The notes under the pieces: model-generated
Seen by the model: the letters and a program-made list of their open reading frames with translations, nothing else
Database searches by the model: none
What the model was told of the DNA's origin: nothing
IMG/VR virus record: IMGVR_UViG_2639762835_000002
Length of the DNA: 64,000 bases
Source: a virus
Taxonomy: Duplodnaviria; Caudoviricetes
Direction: 5' to 3' (one strand)
In this document: piece by piece, positions 1 to 8,223 of the stretch
Numbering within the stretch: position 1 is the first letter of the stretch
Layout: the number at the start of each line of letters is the position of its first letter
Position numbers and translations under genes: made by a program

Positions 1-280
1 CCCGAAGGAGCTCCTGCCCAGCCCGTCATAACTGAGATTGCGGGTACTACTGGGCCGCACAAAAAAACACGCGGGCGCGTGTTGTGCGCTGTGATGCTGT
101 CGGGAGACCAATCCCGGCAACGGATTTTGCCGTTGCCTGCGCAGTATCGCGCAACCAACCGCAACCATCAACCACCAATCGGCACAACCCCACCCGACCG
201 CACACAACACCAGCAGCAGGGTAGCGATTTCCGTCAGGACAGGGGATGTCTGTTTAGGCTGGGGACAAACACAGGGCTGC
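1..280. repeat. Dispersed ~280-bp repeat, copy 1 (copy 2 at ~13703-14050)
   Basis: Shared blocks such as CATAACTGAGATTGCGGGTAC, CTGGGCCGCACAAAAAAACACGC and CCAATCCCGGCAACGGATTTTGCCGTTGCC, plus weaker similarity further right. Confidence 0.9.
55..150 (-). ncRNA. C4/P4-CI-like antisense RNA, copy 1 (boundaries approximate)
   Basis: Minus strand GCAAAATCCGTTGCCGGGATTGGTCTCCCG (101-130), followed by hairpin ACACGCGCCCGCGTGT and a T7 run; typical c4/ash architecture. Confidence 0.7.
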
Positions 281-368
281 ATGAATTGTAAGAGTTGCTT
301 GACCAGACATGAAAAAGCCATGACTGGTCATGGCTTTTTTGTCCTTCCTTAAGGTTGGCTCAATCAGC

Positions 369-902
369 TTATTCGTTACCATTTGGGTCGTCGCGAGAAA
401 GAAGCCTTCCGATGACGAATACTGCGGCCAAGCCAACTAGATCTACACCGACGAGTATACCCGCAATTGTTGGATGACCTTTGTCCGCCATCCATGCAGC
501 AAAGCCAAGAACCGCAAGAACTATGGCAAATCCCATCCACTTACCTAATCGGTCGTTATTGAGGAACCCTTTGCTTAGCTCTTTGTGCTGGGCAAGCTGC
601 TCTTTCTGCATGGAATGGCGCTGAGACTGCTCTAGCTCAGCCATTCTCATAATCCGTTCTGCTGACCCAGGAAGCACTTGCTCATACTCGGCCATGGCGC
701 GAGCAGGTGGCAATGGTCCCTGATGCATTTCCATCACGACACGCTTGATGGCTGGGGACTGAACAATCCTTTCAACCAACTCAGGATCGGGGTTTTCCTG
801 AAGCTCATGTTCAAGACGGTCAACCAGTTGTTGACCGTCTTGAGTCGGAGAGGATGTGTCAGTCACTTCGTGCTCGTCATCTGCTGTGTTCTGCACAGAC
901 AT
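369..902 (-). CDS. DUF2335-like membrane protein (moron)
   Basis: GPLPP-x5-YEQVLPGSAERIMRMAELEQ motif and two C-terminal TM helices. Confidence 0.8.
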   Translation of the reverse strand: MSVQNTADDEHEVTDTSSPTQDGQQLVDRLEHELQENPDPELVERIVQSPAIKRVVMEMHQGPLPPARAMAEYEQVLPGSAERIMRMAELEQSQRHSMQKEQLAQHKELSKGFLNNDRLGKWMGFAIVLAVLGFAAWMADKGHPTIAGILVGVDLVGLAAVFVIGRLLSRDDPNGNE

Positions 903-1215
903 TTCCTTCACACTGCAGGGATTCGATGAGTTGGATCTCAACTGAGTACTTATCGAGCGATTTCTGCATATCTTGGCCGATCACGACCCAATCATTCTGC
1001 AGATTGCTGTTGTCGGTAGCACGAGGGGTTGAGTACCAAATCGTCTTCAGTGCGGCCTCCCCAGCTGCTACTTGCATAGTGGCATGCAGTTTACCTTGGT
1101 TGTACAACTTACGTTGTACCCTTGATAAGTCTTTCTTTGCGTTGCTGCTGATATCTAAGATTGAGCCAGCAGACATGAACGTGTCGGACATGAGTGCCTT
1201 CATATGTGTCTCCAT
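877..1215 (-). CDS. Hypothetical protein, upstream partner of the DUF2335 gene
   Basis: ORF overlapping the DUF2335 gene; LQNDWVVIGQDM motif; lower GC. Confidence 0.55.
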   Translation of the reverse strand: METHMKALMSDTFMSAGSILDISSNAKKDLSRVQRKLYNQGKLHATMQVAAGEAALKTIWYSTPRATDNSNLQNDWVVIGQDMQKSLDKYSVEIQLIESLQCEGNVCAEHSR

Positions 1216-1452
1216 AACTATCTTGGTGAGGTAACGGTTGAACCGTCACAGAACATGTGCCTTAAGCCTCACCAGCCAGGGACTGTGTACTAAGGTATTG
1301 AAATTCCACAGTGTTGATAGCTGCTCGTGTGGATTTCATGCGCAGTATTGCGTAACTGAACGTACCTTACAACTATATAGGCTCACAAAATGACGCTTTA
1401 AACCAATCATAGCTGGTCCACTCACACTATATATGGCCTTCATTGTTGAGGG

Positions 1453-1911
1453 TTAGAGGCACATGGCGAGATGGTTGAGAAGGACCTCTTCCAAGTCATT
1501 GAATTCTTGTTGTGTTATACCCAGCAACTCCCGCGTCGGATAGCGGATCTCGCGGCCCTTGATGCGGTCTTTGAGGCCGTATTGGTGAATGGTGGCGAGA
1601 CGATTGGCGGTGCCGACAAACTCCACCACGGCCTGTTGTTCACTGGCGCGGGCCTTGAGCCAGGCGGGGCTACTGATTTTGAAGAACATCTTGCGGCGAA
1701 GGCGGCTCCGTCCCTTCTTCAGTTTGGGCTGAGGCTTGCGCGGGGCCATGGGGTTGCCATCGGGCTGGATGTTGGCGCGGATCCGCTGGGTCTGGCTGGC
1801 GCGCAAGGCGCGGGCCATCTCGCCAGCCAACTGGCGGCGGGCGGCGGGCTCCATGCTTGCCAGCAGGCCATCGGCCCAGCTGGTCAGACGGCTCAGGTCG
1901 TCGGCGGCCAT
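1453..1911 (-). CDS. S: Virion morphogenesis / tail completion protein (P2 gpS-like)
   Basis: QRIRANIQPDGNPMAPRK and ATIHQYG motifs; follows gpR. Confidence 0.9.
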   Translation of the reverse strand: MAADDLSRLTSWADGLLASMEPAARRQLAGEMARALRASQTQRIRANIQPDGNPMAPRKPQPKLKKGRSRLRRKMFFKISSPAWLKARASEQQAVVEFVGTANRLATIHQYGLKDRIKGREIRYPTRELLGITQQEFNDLEEVLLNHLAMCL

Positions 1912-2363
1912 GGTTGATGTTCCCCGTTGATAAAGAGTTCCCAGGTGATGCCGTCGTAGGGATCGTCTGGCGGCTCTGGCAGATGCTCCCAGCCAATCCC
2001 CTGATCGCTTTGCCACACCCTGACCCGCTCGGTCAGCTTGACGGTGATGATGAGGTCCATCAGGTCGCTCGCGAGGTATTCGGCCTCGAAGGTGATGCCC
2101 TCCTTGCGCTGCTCGTCGTTGGTCATCAGCTCGGGCTGGTGTTGGCGCAACCAGGCCAGCAGCGGCACCATGATCTGATCCGGGTGGCCGGCAAAGTCCT
2201 CGATGCCGATGGTGAGGGGGTATTGCCACTCGAACGAGAGCGAGCGGGCGCCGGTGCTTTCGACGTTGCCCGGGGCGATGAAGATGTGCAGCTTGTCCGG
2301 GTTGGTCTTGAGGTGGGGCACACAGCGGGTCAGTACCTCACGGATCTGTTTTGGTTTTTCCAT
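1893..2363 (-). CDS. R: Tail completion protein (P2 gpR-like)
   Basis: MEKPKQIR...NPDKLHIFI...SLSFEWQY...WLRQHQPEL. Confidence 0.9.
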   Translation of the reverse strand: MEKPKQIREVLTRCVPHLKTNPDKLHIFIAPGNVESTGARSLSFEWQYPLTIGIEDFAGHPDQIMVPLLAWLRQHQPELMTNDEQRKEGITFEAEYLASDLMDLIITVKLTERVRVWQSDQGIGWEHLPEPPDDPYDGITWELFINGEHQPWPPTT

Positions 2364-2631
2364 ACTCCCTCCCGTTCTGATGTCGTTGTTGGCAGGCGAT
2401 GAGGCTGTCAACCTGGGCGGCGCAGTTGGCCCAGGCGGCCTCGGTCTGGGTCAACTGGTCGAGCAAGTCGCCGTTATTGGCCGGGCTGGCCGGCGGCAGT
2501 TGGCAGGGGGTCAGGCCCTGACAGGTGAGCCTGATAATCTGCGGCGCCGGTGAGGGCGGGGCGCTGGAGCAACCTGACAACAGGATCAGGCAGAGGGCGA
2601 TCAGCCCATTCCTTGAGTTCTGCATTTTCAC
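2338..2631 (-). CDS. lysC: o-spanin (LysC/Rz1-like lipoprotein)
   Basis: Lipobox LLSGC, Pro-rich, WANCAAQVD; overlaps lysB. Confidence 0.85.
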   Translation of the reverse strand: MKMQNSRNGLIALCLILLSGCSSAPPSPAPQIIRLTCQGLTPCQLPPASPANNGDLLDQLTQTEAAWANCAAQVDSLIACQQRHQNGREYGKTKTDP

Positions 2632-2947
2632 GTTTGAGCCTCTTGATGGTGTCGGCGCGGGTGGCGGCGGTCATCGACAGTTCGCCGAGCTGGCTTTGCA
2701 GTTGGGCTGCGGCTTCGGCCTGCTTGGTCAGTTCGCCGGAGAGGGTGGTGATGGTGGTGTCTTTGAGTTTTTCCCGCCGCTCGGCCTCTTTGGCCTTGTC
2801 ATCGGCGGCCTTGAGGTCGCTTTGCAGGGTGGTGACCTTACCCTTGGCGGTCGCCGCCGAGGTGGCAGACCAGCCCCAGCCGCCCAAGGTGATGGCCAAG
2901 GCGATCAGCAACCAGGTGAGGGGGGAGCGCAGGAGGTTAAGCCACAT
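2474..2947 (-). CDS. lysB: i-spanin (LysB-like)
   Basis: N-terminal TM, coiled coil, ENAELKEWADRPLPD. Confidence 0.85.
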   Translation of the reverse strand: MWLNLLRSPLTWLLIALAITLGGWGWSATSAATAKGKVTTLQSDLKAADDKAKEAERREKLKDTTITTLSGELTKQAEAAAQLQSQLGELSMTAATRADTIKRLKRENAELKEWADRPLPDPVVRLLQRPALTGAADYQAHLSGPDPLPTAAGQPGQ

Positions 2948-3758
2948 CTGCCACCTCCTGCACCTGGTATACCTTGGCAAAGTGGTCGTATGCCTTGGCC
3001 AGCTTGGTGTCGTAGTCGTTGTCTTTGTAGGCGGGGCCGTTGTAGCGGCGGGCAAAGTCGGCCCACTTGCGGCCCTGCAGGGCCTTGTGCATGGCAGCGT
3101 CTTGCTGGATGAAGCGGCACAGGGCGTTGAGGTGGTCGACCTCGCTGCGCTGCATGGCCGCCAACCAGTCGCCGGCCGAGGTAAAGCCCAGCGCCTGCCA
3201 GTGGTAGCCCATGATCTGGAACATGCCCCAGCTGGCTGACTCGATGGCGGCATCCCGATGCAGGCTGATGGCCAGTTGCAGCCGTTCCCACTCTGCCGCG
3301 CCGCCGGCATAGCCGCCGCGCTTGGGGTTGACCAGGTTGGGGTAATTGGCGGCCATCTGGTTGGCGGTGGCCTTGCCCTGGTGCTTGGTGAGCTGCTTGT
3401 AGAACACATGCCGCTCGAACAGCACCACCGGGCGCTGGTCTTGCGTGAAGCCTTCGCCGATGCTTTCGACCTGGGCAACTGTGGCCATGGTGGCAAGCGG
3501 CACGGCCAGCAGGTCAGCCCTGCTCTGCATGTGGTTGATGGTCAACTGGTTGCCGCGTTCGCTGCCGAGCAGGGCGGCCATGGTGCGCGGGCCAGCCTGA
3601 CCGATGGCGGCGATCATGTAGTCTTGCTGGAAGGCGAGCAGGGCCTGTTCGGTGGCACCGCCAAACCAGCCGTCAGGATCCACCGGATAACCGGCTTTGG
3701 TGAGGCGGCGCTGCAGATCGGCCACGGCGGTGCCGGTATCCCCTTTTTTGAGGCTCAT
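2937..3758 (-). CDS. Endolysin: peptidoglycan-binding domain + N-acetylmuramidase (DUF3380-like)
   Basis: DGWFG PG-binding motif, VESIGEGF, LFERHVF, SASWGMFQIMG, FARRYNGP. Confidence 0.92.
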   Translation of the reverse strand: MSLKKGDTGTAVADLQRRLTKAGYPVDPDGWFGGATEQALLAFQQDYMIAAIGQAGPRTMAALLGSERGNQLTINHMQSRADLLAVPLATMATVAQVESIGEGFTQDQRPVVLFERHVFYKQLTKHQGKATANQMAANYPNLVNPKRGGYAGGAAEWERLQLAISLHRDAAIESASWGMFQIMGYHWQALGFTSAGDWLAAMQRSEVDHLNALCRFIQQDAAMHKALQGRKWADFARRYNGPAYKDNDYDTKLAKAYDHFAKVYQVQEVADVA

Positions 3759-4096
3759 GGCTGGAACCTCCGGTAAATATCGCGGGCATGGGGGGTGGTT
3801 GATGGCTTGCGCCGAGGCAGCAAGTGGTACACCGAGCCATGGGTTTTGAACACGGCGCAAAGCAGGAAGACGGCGAGCCCGAAAGACGCCGGATCCGGTA
3901 CTGGAATACCTCCGAATAGAAAGCGCAGTGGGATGGAGCCTGACAGCACACAGAGCAGCCAAGCCAGCCAGGCGGGCAAGGCGCGATATTCGCCCCCCTT
4001 GCGGTCAAACAGCATGACGCGCAGGAAGATGGCGGCGCAGATCAGGGCGTAAAGGGCGGTGTAGATAAACACGCCGGTCGGACTGGTCGGGATCAT
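3755..4096 (-). CDS. Holin family protein
   Basis: Three TM helices directly upstream of the endolysin. Confidence 0.75.
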   Translation of the reverse strand: MIPTSPTGVFIYTALYALICAAIFLRVMLFDRKGGEYRALPAWLAWLLCVLSGSIPLRFLFGGIPVPDPASFGLAVFLLCAVFKTHGSVYHLLPRRKPSTTPHARDIYRRFQP

Positions 4097-4098
4097 GG

Positions 4099-4467
4099 TT
4101 ACCCCCTCCTGTTGAGCAAGATGTTTAAGAGCGTGCCGAATTCGGTGCGCATGGCGGTTTGCAGCAGGCGGACCATCAGCGCGGATGAGAGCAGCGAGCC
4201 GACTGCTTTACTGACAGTGACGCCAGCGGGTAAGGCCATTCCCAGCAGTTGGCAAGCGAGGTCAGCCATGACCAAACCGACGATAAACGAGACGACAAAC
4301 AGGGCTATTTTGCGCCATCGGCTGTGTTCTTCGGTGGCGGAGATAAACAGGACTGCGCCGGTTAATGAGGACAGCACCATGGCGGGATCAACGCCCGGCA
4401 AGGTGAACAGCAGCGCCAGACCGGTGAGGGTGCTGGTTGCTGCACTGGATGAAATCGGTTCTGGCAT
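4099..4467 (-). CDS. Putative holin
   Basis: MPEPISSS start, multiple TM helices, in the lysis cassette. Confidence 0.75.
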   Translation of the reverse strand: MPEPISSSAATSTLTGLALLFTLPGVDPAMVLSSLTGAVLFISATEEHSRWRKIALFVVSFIVGLVMADLACQLLGMALPAGVTVSKAVGSLLSSALMVRLLQTAMRTEFGTLLNILLNRRG

Positions 4468-4482
4468 CGTGCTCTCCTGTTT

Positions 4483-4713
4483 TTATCGTTTGCTGCCGTA
4501 GTGGCGAGCGGTTTGGAATTCATTGATGGTCTGGCACTCGGCGCAGCGTTCGCAGCCCCGGATCGCTTCACGGCGCGCCTGCGGGATGGGGTTTTCACAG
4601 TCGATGCAGTAGTGCGGGCCGGTGCCACTGATGCGGGCGGCATGAATGCGGGCAGCGAGTTGCTGTTCGCTGATGTCGGCCAGTCGTTCGAGTTCGTCGT
4701 CGAGGCGGCTCAT
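4483..4713 (-). CDS. TraR/DksA C4 zinc-finger protein
   Basis: CIDC-ENPIPQARR-CERCAECQ. Confidence 0.9.
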   Translation of the reverse strand: MSRLDDELERLADISEQQLAARIHAARISGTGPHYCIDCENPIPQARREAIRGCERCAECQTINEFQTARHYGSKR

Positions 4714-4715
4714 GG

Positions 4716-4919
4716 TCAGTTCCATAGCTGGATCAGCGGCTGCTCGGCCTGGGTGGGGGCCGCTGGCATTGTGATGAGGGTTCCGGTCGGGATGATGGGG
4801 CCGAGCGCGGCCAAACCGGGGTTGAGGTTGAGCACTTGCTCGGTGATGCCTGCGGTGTAGCCGTAGTGCCGGAACAGGATGAGATCGAGGGTGTCGCCCT
4901 GTTGGCTGCGCAGTTGCAT
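4716..4919 (-). CDS. X: Tail protein X (LysM-like)
   Basis: QGDTLD...NPGLA...IQLW. Confidence 0.92.
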   Translation of the reverse strand: MQLRSQQGDTLDLILFRHYGYTAGITEQVLNLNPGLAALGPIIPTGTLITMPAAPTQAEQPLIQLWN

Positions 4920-5389
4920 CAGATCAGCTCCACTGTGTTGTGGGTGGTACCGAGGATGTCGCGAATGGCAAAGCGGGCATCCCGGTAGAGGTCATCAGAG
5001 CTCACGATCTTGGCATCGGCCCCTTTGACGCCGTCACCGGTGGCGCTGTAGTCGGTGTAACGTTCCAGCAGGTTGGCGCGGGTCATGGCATAGATGGCGC
5101 GCCGGTAGCTGTACAGGTGCACCGATTCGTTGTTGATGACCTCGCTCGGGACTGCGGCCAGGGTGGTGTGGCCTTCGGCCTGACGGGCGATGCGCCACTC
5201 GGCCAGATCGCGGTTGACGCTGGTGATGGCGTCGACCACGGCATGGGTGAGGCGGGCGGTGGTGACGGTGCCATCAAGCCGGACGGTGTCGCGCAGGTCA
5301 GCCAGCGAGATCGCCGGCCAGAATGGGTTGCTGGTTATCTCCCCTTCATCTGGCGCGGTCGGTGCTGTGGCAATGAATCCGGTGCTCAT
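4919..5389 (-). CDS. L: Head completion/stabilisation protein
   Basis: FWPAISL...RLDGTVT...YRRAIY; synteny. Confidence 0.9.
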   Translation of the reverse strand: MSTGFIATAPTAPDEGEITSNPFWPAISLADLRDTVRLDGTVTTARLTHAVVDAITSVNRDLAEWRIARQAEGHTTLAAVPSEVINNESVHLYSYRRAIYAMTRANLLERYTDYSATGDGVKGADAKIVSSDDLYRDARFAIRDILGTTHNTVELI

Positions 5390-5495
5390 GGTGCTCCTGT
5401 GTTTGTTTATCCGCTGGTTGGGCGGTGGTCGGGCCGTCTGGTATGCCGCTGGCATTCGTCAGGCCCGAGCCGCCCAGGGTGCGGGGTTCGCTCGG

Positions 5496-6179
5496 TTAGC
5501 TGCCGCCGCCTTTGGCGTCGGGCTGCTGTTCTTTTTTCAGTTCACGCTCGAGGACTTCGAGCTCTTTCTTGATGCCGACCTTGTCGTGCAGTTCGATGGC
5601 GCGGCGGTAGTGCTCGGCGGCTTGCGGCTTGAGCCCTTCGGCCAGCGCGGCGCGGCCCACGGCCTTGTGCAGCTTGGCGCGCACCTGGTCGAAGATGTCG
5701 CAGCCGTGCAGCAGGGCCATGTATTGGCCCAGCAACGACAGGGAGGGGCCGGTGCCGGCCTCTTGCTGCTTGATGGAGGTGTCGGCCACCTCTTCGGCAA
5801 TCATGGTGGCGGCGGTGCGCTCGTAGCGGTCCGGGGTACTCAGGCCGTGACGGATCACGTAGTCGGCCATGGGGAATGCCCCTTCGAGATCGCCGGTATC
5901 GAGGTGCCAGAGCATGACGGTCACCAGGACGTCATCTTGTCCGCCCCGATCGGCGGCCAGCAGGCCATCAATCCAGGGTTTGTAGACGGCCAGCATGGGG
6001 CGCTTGGCGTCGATCTTGCGTTCGATGCTTTGGATGCCCTTGAGAGTGCGGCGGTGTTCGGCCAGCTGCATCAGCTGCAGCTCGTAGGCGTTGGCGCGTT
6101 GTTGGTCGAACTGAGGATTGGCCGCCCCTTGCAGGGCGGCCAGTTTGCGTTCGCGGTTGCGACGGGCAGGTGATGTCAT
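5496..6179 (-). CDS. M: Terminase small (endonuclease) subunit
   Basis: MTSPAR...LKGIQSIERK...DQVRAKLHKA. Confidence 0.92.
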   Translation of the reverse strand: MTSPARRNRERKLAALQGAANPQFDQQRANAYELQLMQLAEHRRTLKGIQSIERKIDAKRPMLAVYKPWIDGLLAADRGGQDDVLVTVMLWHLDTGDLEGAFPMADYVIRHGLSTPDRYERTAATMIAEEVADTSIKQQEAGTGPSLSLLGQYMALLHGCDIFDQVRAKLHKAVGRAALAEGLKPQAAEHYRRAIELHDKVGIKKELEVLERELKKEQQPDAKGGGS

Positions 6180-6188
6180 GTCGCCCCC

Positions 6189-7241
6189 TTAACCGCCAGC
6201 GGCCGGTTTCGGCCCGATGACGATGTTTTCAATCAGGGCGACGCAGTCGTAATCCTCTACCACGTAGGCATCGTTGGAGCTTTCGTAGTTGACGATGCGG
6301 TCGCGCTTGGGCTCTTCCTCGATATGGCGGCGGCGGGCGCCTTCCTGCCAGTAGATGGACAGATTTTCCAGCGTGGTGATGAGCATGGCGTCATCCGGGA
6401 AGAAGGGGACGCGCACGGCTTTGAGGCCGCCGATCTGCTTCTGGCTCACCAGCACCTGACCGGCCAGCTTGTCCTGGTTGTTGTCGGCGTTGTTGATGAT
6501 GGGGAAGTATTTATCGGCCAGCAGTTTGCGACCGCAGATGACCACCAGATCGGTGTCATCCTGATACCAGGGGGCGATAGACTCGTTGACGGCATCGAAC
6601 ACCAGGGCGTCGAGGTTGTGATAGTCGCCTTCTTTGGTGTCTGCGTCATTTTTCGGCTGATAGATGTAAATCTTGCCCGAGCCTTCGGCCCCTTCATCCA
6701 TCACTTTGGCCGGCGCGTCCAGGCGGATGTGTTCCAGCCAGCCGATGTTGACGTCCTGCAGCATTGGGTGGGTGGTGCGGTTGGTGTCGGGCGCCGCGCT
6801 GGTGCCGTGCCAGCCGATCATGATGCGGTCGAGCCCTTGCCGCTTGAGGATGGCGTCGCGAATGCGGGTCTGGAAGTCAGGGAACTTGGCCCAGATATCC
6901 AGCTTGTTGTAACCCAGACTGGTGTCGTAGTTGGTTTTTGCACACTCGTAGTCATGCGGATAGAGGGCGCTCGGGTCATTGGGCTCGCGGTCTTTGTCGC
7001 TGGTATTGGTGCGGCCAGCGATAGTGCTGCCGATACCGATACCCACCTTTTGCCCCTTCATCTCCGGTACCGGGATGACGTTGATCATTTGCAGGAATTC
7101 GACCGACTCCTGCATCTTGGTTTCCAGGGTCTGCTGGACGCTCGGCTGCACGTTGAACTGCACCATGGCGCTGGTGATGGCGTTGAGTTTGGCCAGTTGG
7201 CCGGTGAACGCGTTGAACTTCTGGCGGGTTTCGTTACGCAT
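6189..7241 (-). CDS. N: Major capsid protein, P2 family
   Basis: PSVQQTLE, LDRIMIGWHG, LQDVNIGWL, YESSNDAYVVED. Confidence 0.97.
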   Translation of the reverse strand: MRNETRQKFNAFTGQLAKLNAITSAMVQFNVQPSVQQTLETKMQESVEFLQMINVIPVPEMKGQKVGIGIGSTIAGRTNTSDKDREPNDPSALYPHDYECAKTNYDTSLGYNKLDIWAKFPDFQTRIRDAILKRQGLDRIMIGWHGTSAAPDTNRTTHPMLQDVNIGWLEHIRLDAPAKVMDEGAEGSGKIYIYQPKNDADTKEGDYHNLDALVFDAVNESIAPWYQDDTDLVVICGRKLLADKYFPIINNADNNQDKLAGQVLVSQKQIGGLKAVRVPFFPDDAMLITTLENLSIYWQEGARRRHIEEEPKRDRIVNYESSNDAYVVEDYDCVALIENIVIGPKPAAGG

Positions 7242-7252
7242 GGATGGGGTCC

Positions 7253-8074
7253 TTAGCAGTCGGTTTCGATGGTGGTGCCTTGGGCGCCGGTGGCGGGCTG
7301 GCGCTTGTGGCTGAAATCTTCCTGGCCTTCCAGCTGGGCGGTGAGGTCAGCCAGCGCTTTGGCGGTGGACTCCTGCTGGCTGGTCAGTTCGGTGATGGTG
7401 GTGGCCTGTGCGGTTAACTTCTTCTGCAGGTCTGCGTCGATGGTGGTCACTTCTTTGGCCACGGCTTCGACGGCCTGATGCACGTCGCTGAAGTCAGCGC
7501 CGGATTGCTTCTTGTGGGTGGAAAACATCGCGGTGACCCGTTCCATAATGCTGGGGCCTTTGTCGGCTTCGTCTTCAAACTCGATGACGGTTTCCAGCGC
7601 CTCGGTGAACAGGCACTCCTTGTACTGTTTGCGCTCGGCCAGCGGGTTGGCCGATGCCTTGCTGCAGAACTGGAGCATTTCGGTACCGAGACTGGCCGGG
7701 CTGTCGGTGACGGCCAGCCCCATCAGGTAGGCGCCTTTCTCGTTCAGGTTCGGGTGGATTTCGACAGAGGTGAACACCTTCTGACGCTTCTTGTTCAGTT
7801 CGACCAGTTCAGGGGTCGGGTCGATCTGTACGAACAGGGCCAGGCGCTTTTCACCTTCCATGTCGACCTCTTCGGTCTTGGCGGCGGTAATGTCGCCGTA
7901 CATCTTGAACTGACCGGTCGGGTCATAGCCCCGGATGTGTTCCATATTGACCCGGGCGCCATAGGTGGACTGGTTGTAGCGCTTGGCCATCTGTTCAATC
8001 CATTCGCGGGTGATGGTGCGGCCATCGGTCGTGCCCCCTTCGACGGCAACACGGAAAAATTTGGACTTAGCCAT
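7253..8074 (-). CDS. O: Capsid scaffolding protein/protease
   Basis: SKFFRVAVEGGTTDGR, YLMGLAVTDSPASLGTE. Confidence 0.95.
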   Translation of the reverse strand: MAKSKFFRVAVEGGTTDGRTITREWIEQMAKRYNQSTYGARVNMEHIRGYDPTGQFKMYGDITAAKTEEVDMEGEKRLALFVQIDPTPELVELNKKRQKVFTSVEIHPNLNEKGAYLMGLAVTDSPASLGTEMLQFCSKASANPLAERKQYKECLFTEALETVIEFEDEADKGPSIMERVTAMFSTHKKQSGADFSDVHQAVEAVAKEVTTIDADLQKKLTAQATTITELTSQQESTAKALADLTAQLEGQEDFSHKRQPATGAQGTTIETDC

Positions 8075-8223
8075 GAGCTGGGATCCCTTTGGTGATTGGG
8101 TGGTGATGTCGCGGTTATGGTCTGGGTGACAGGCGGGATCGTGCAATCAGGCGCCATTGTGTAATGGCGTTACACAATGGCGGCTGGGCGTTTGGTGTTG
8201 CCTGAGCTGGGTAGACTGGCGCC

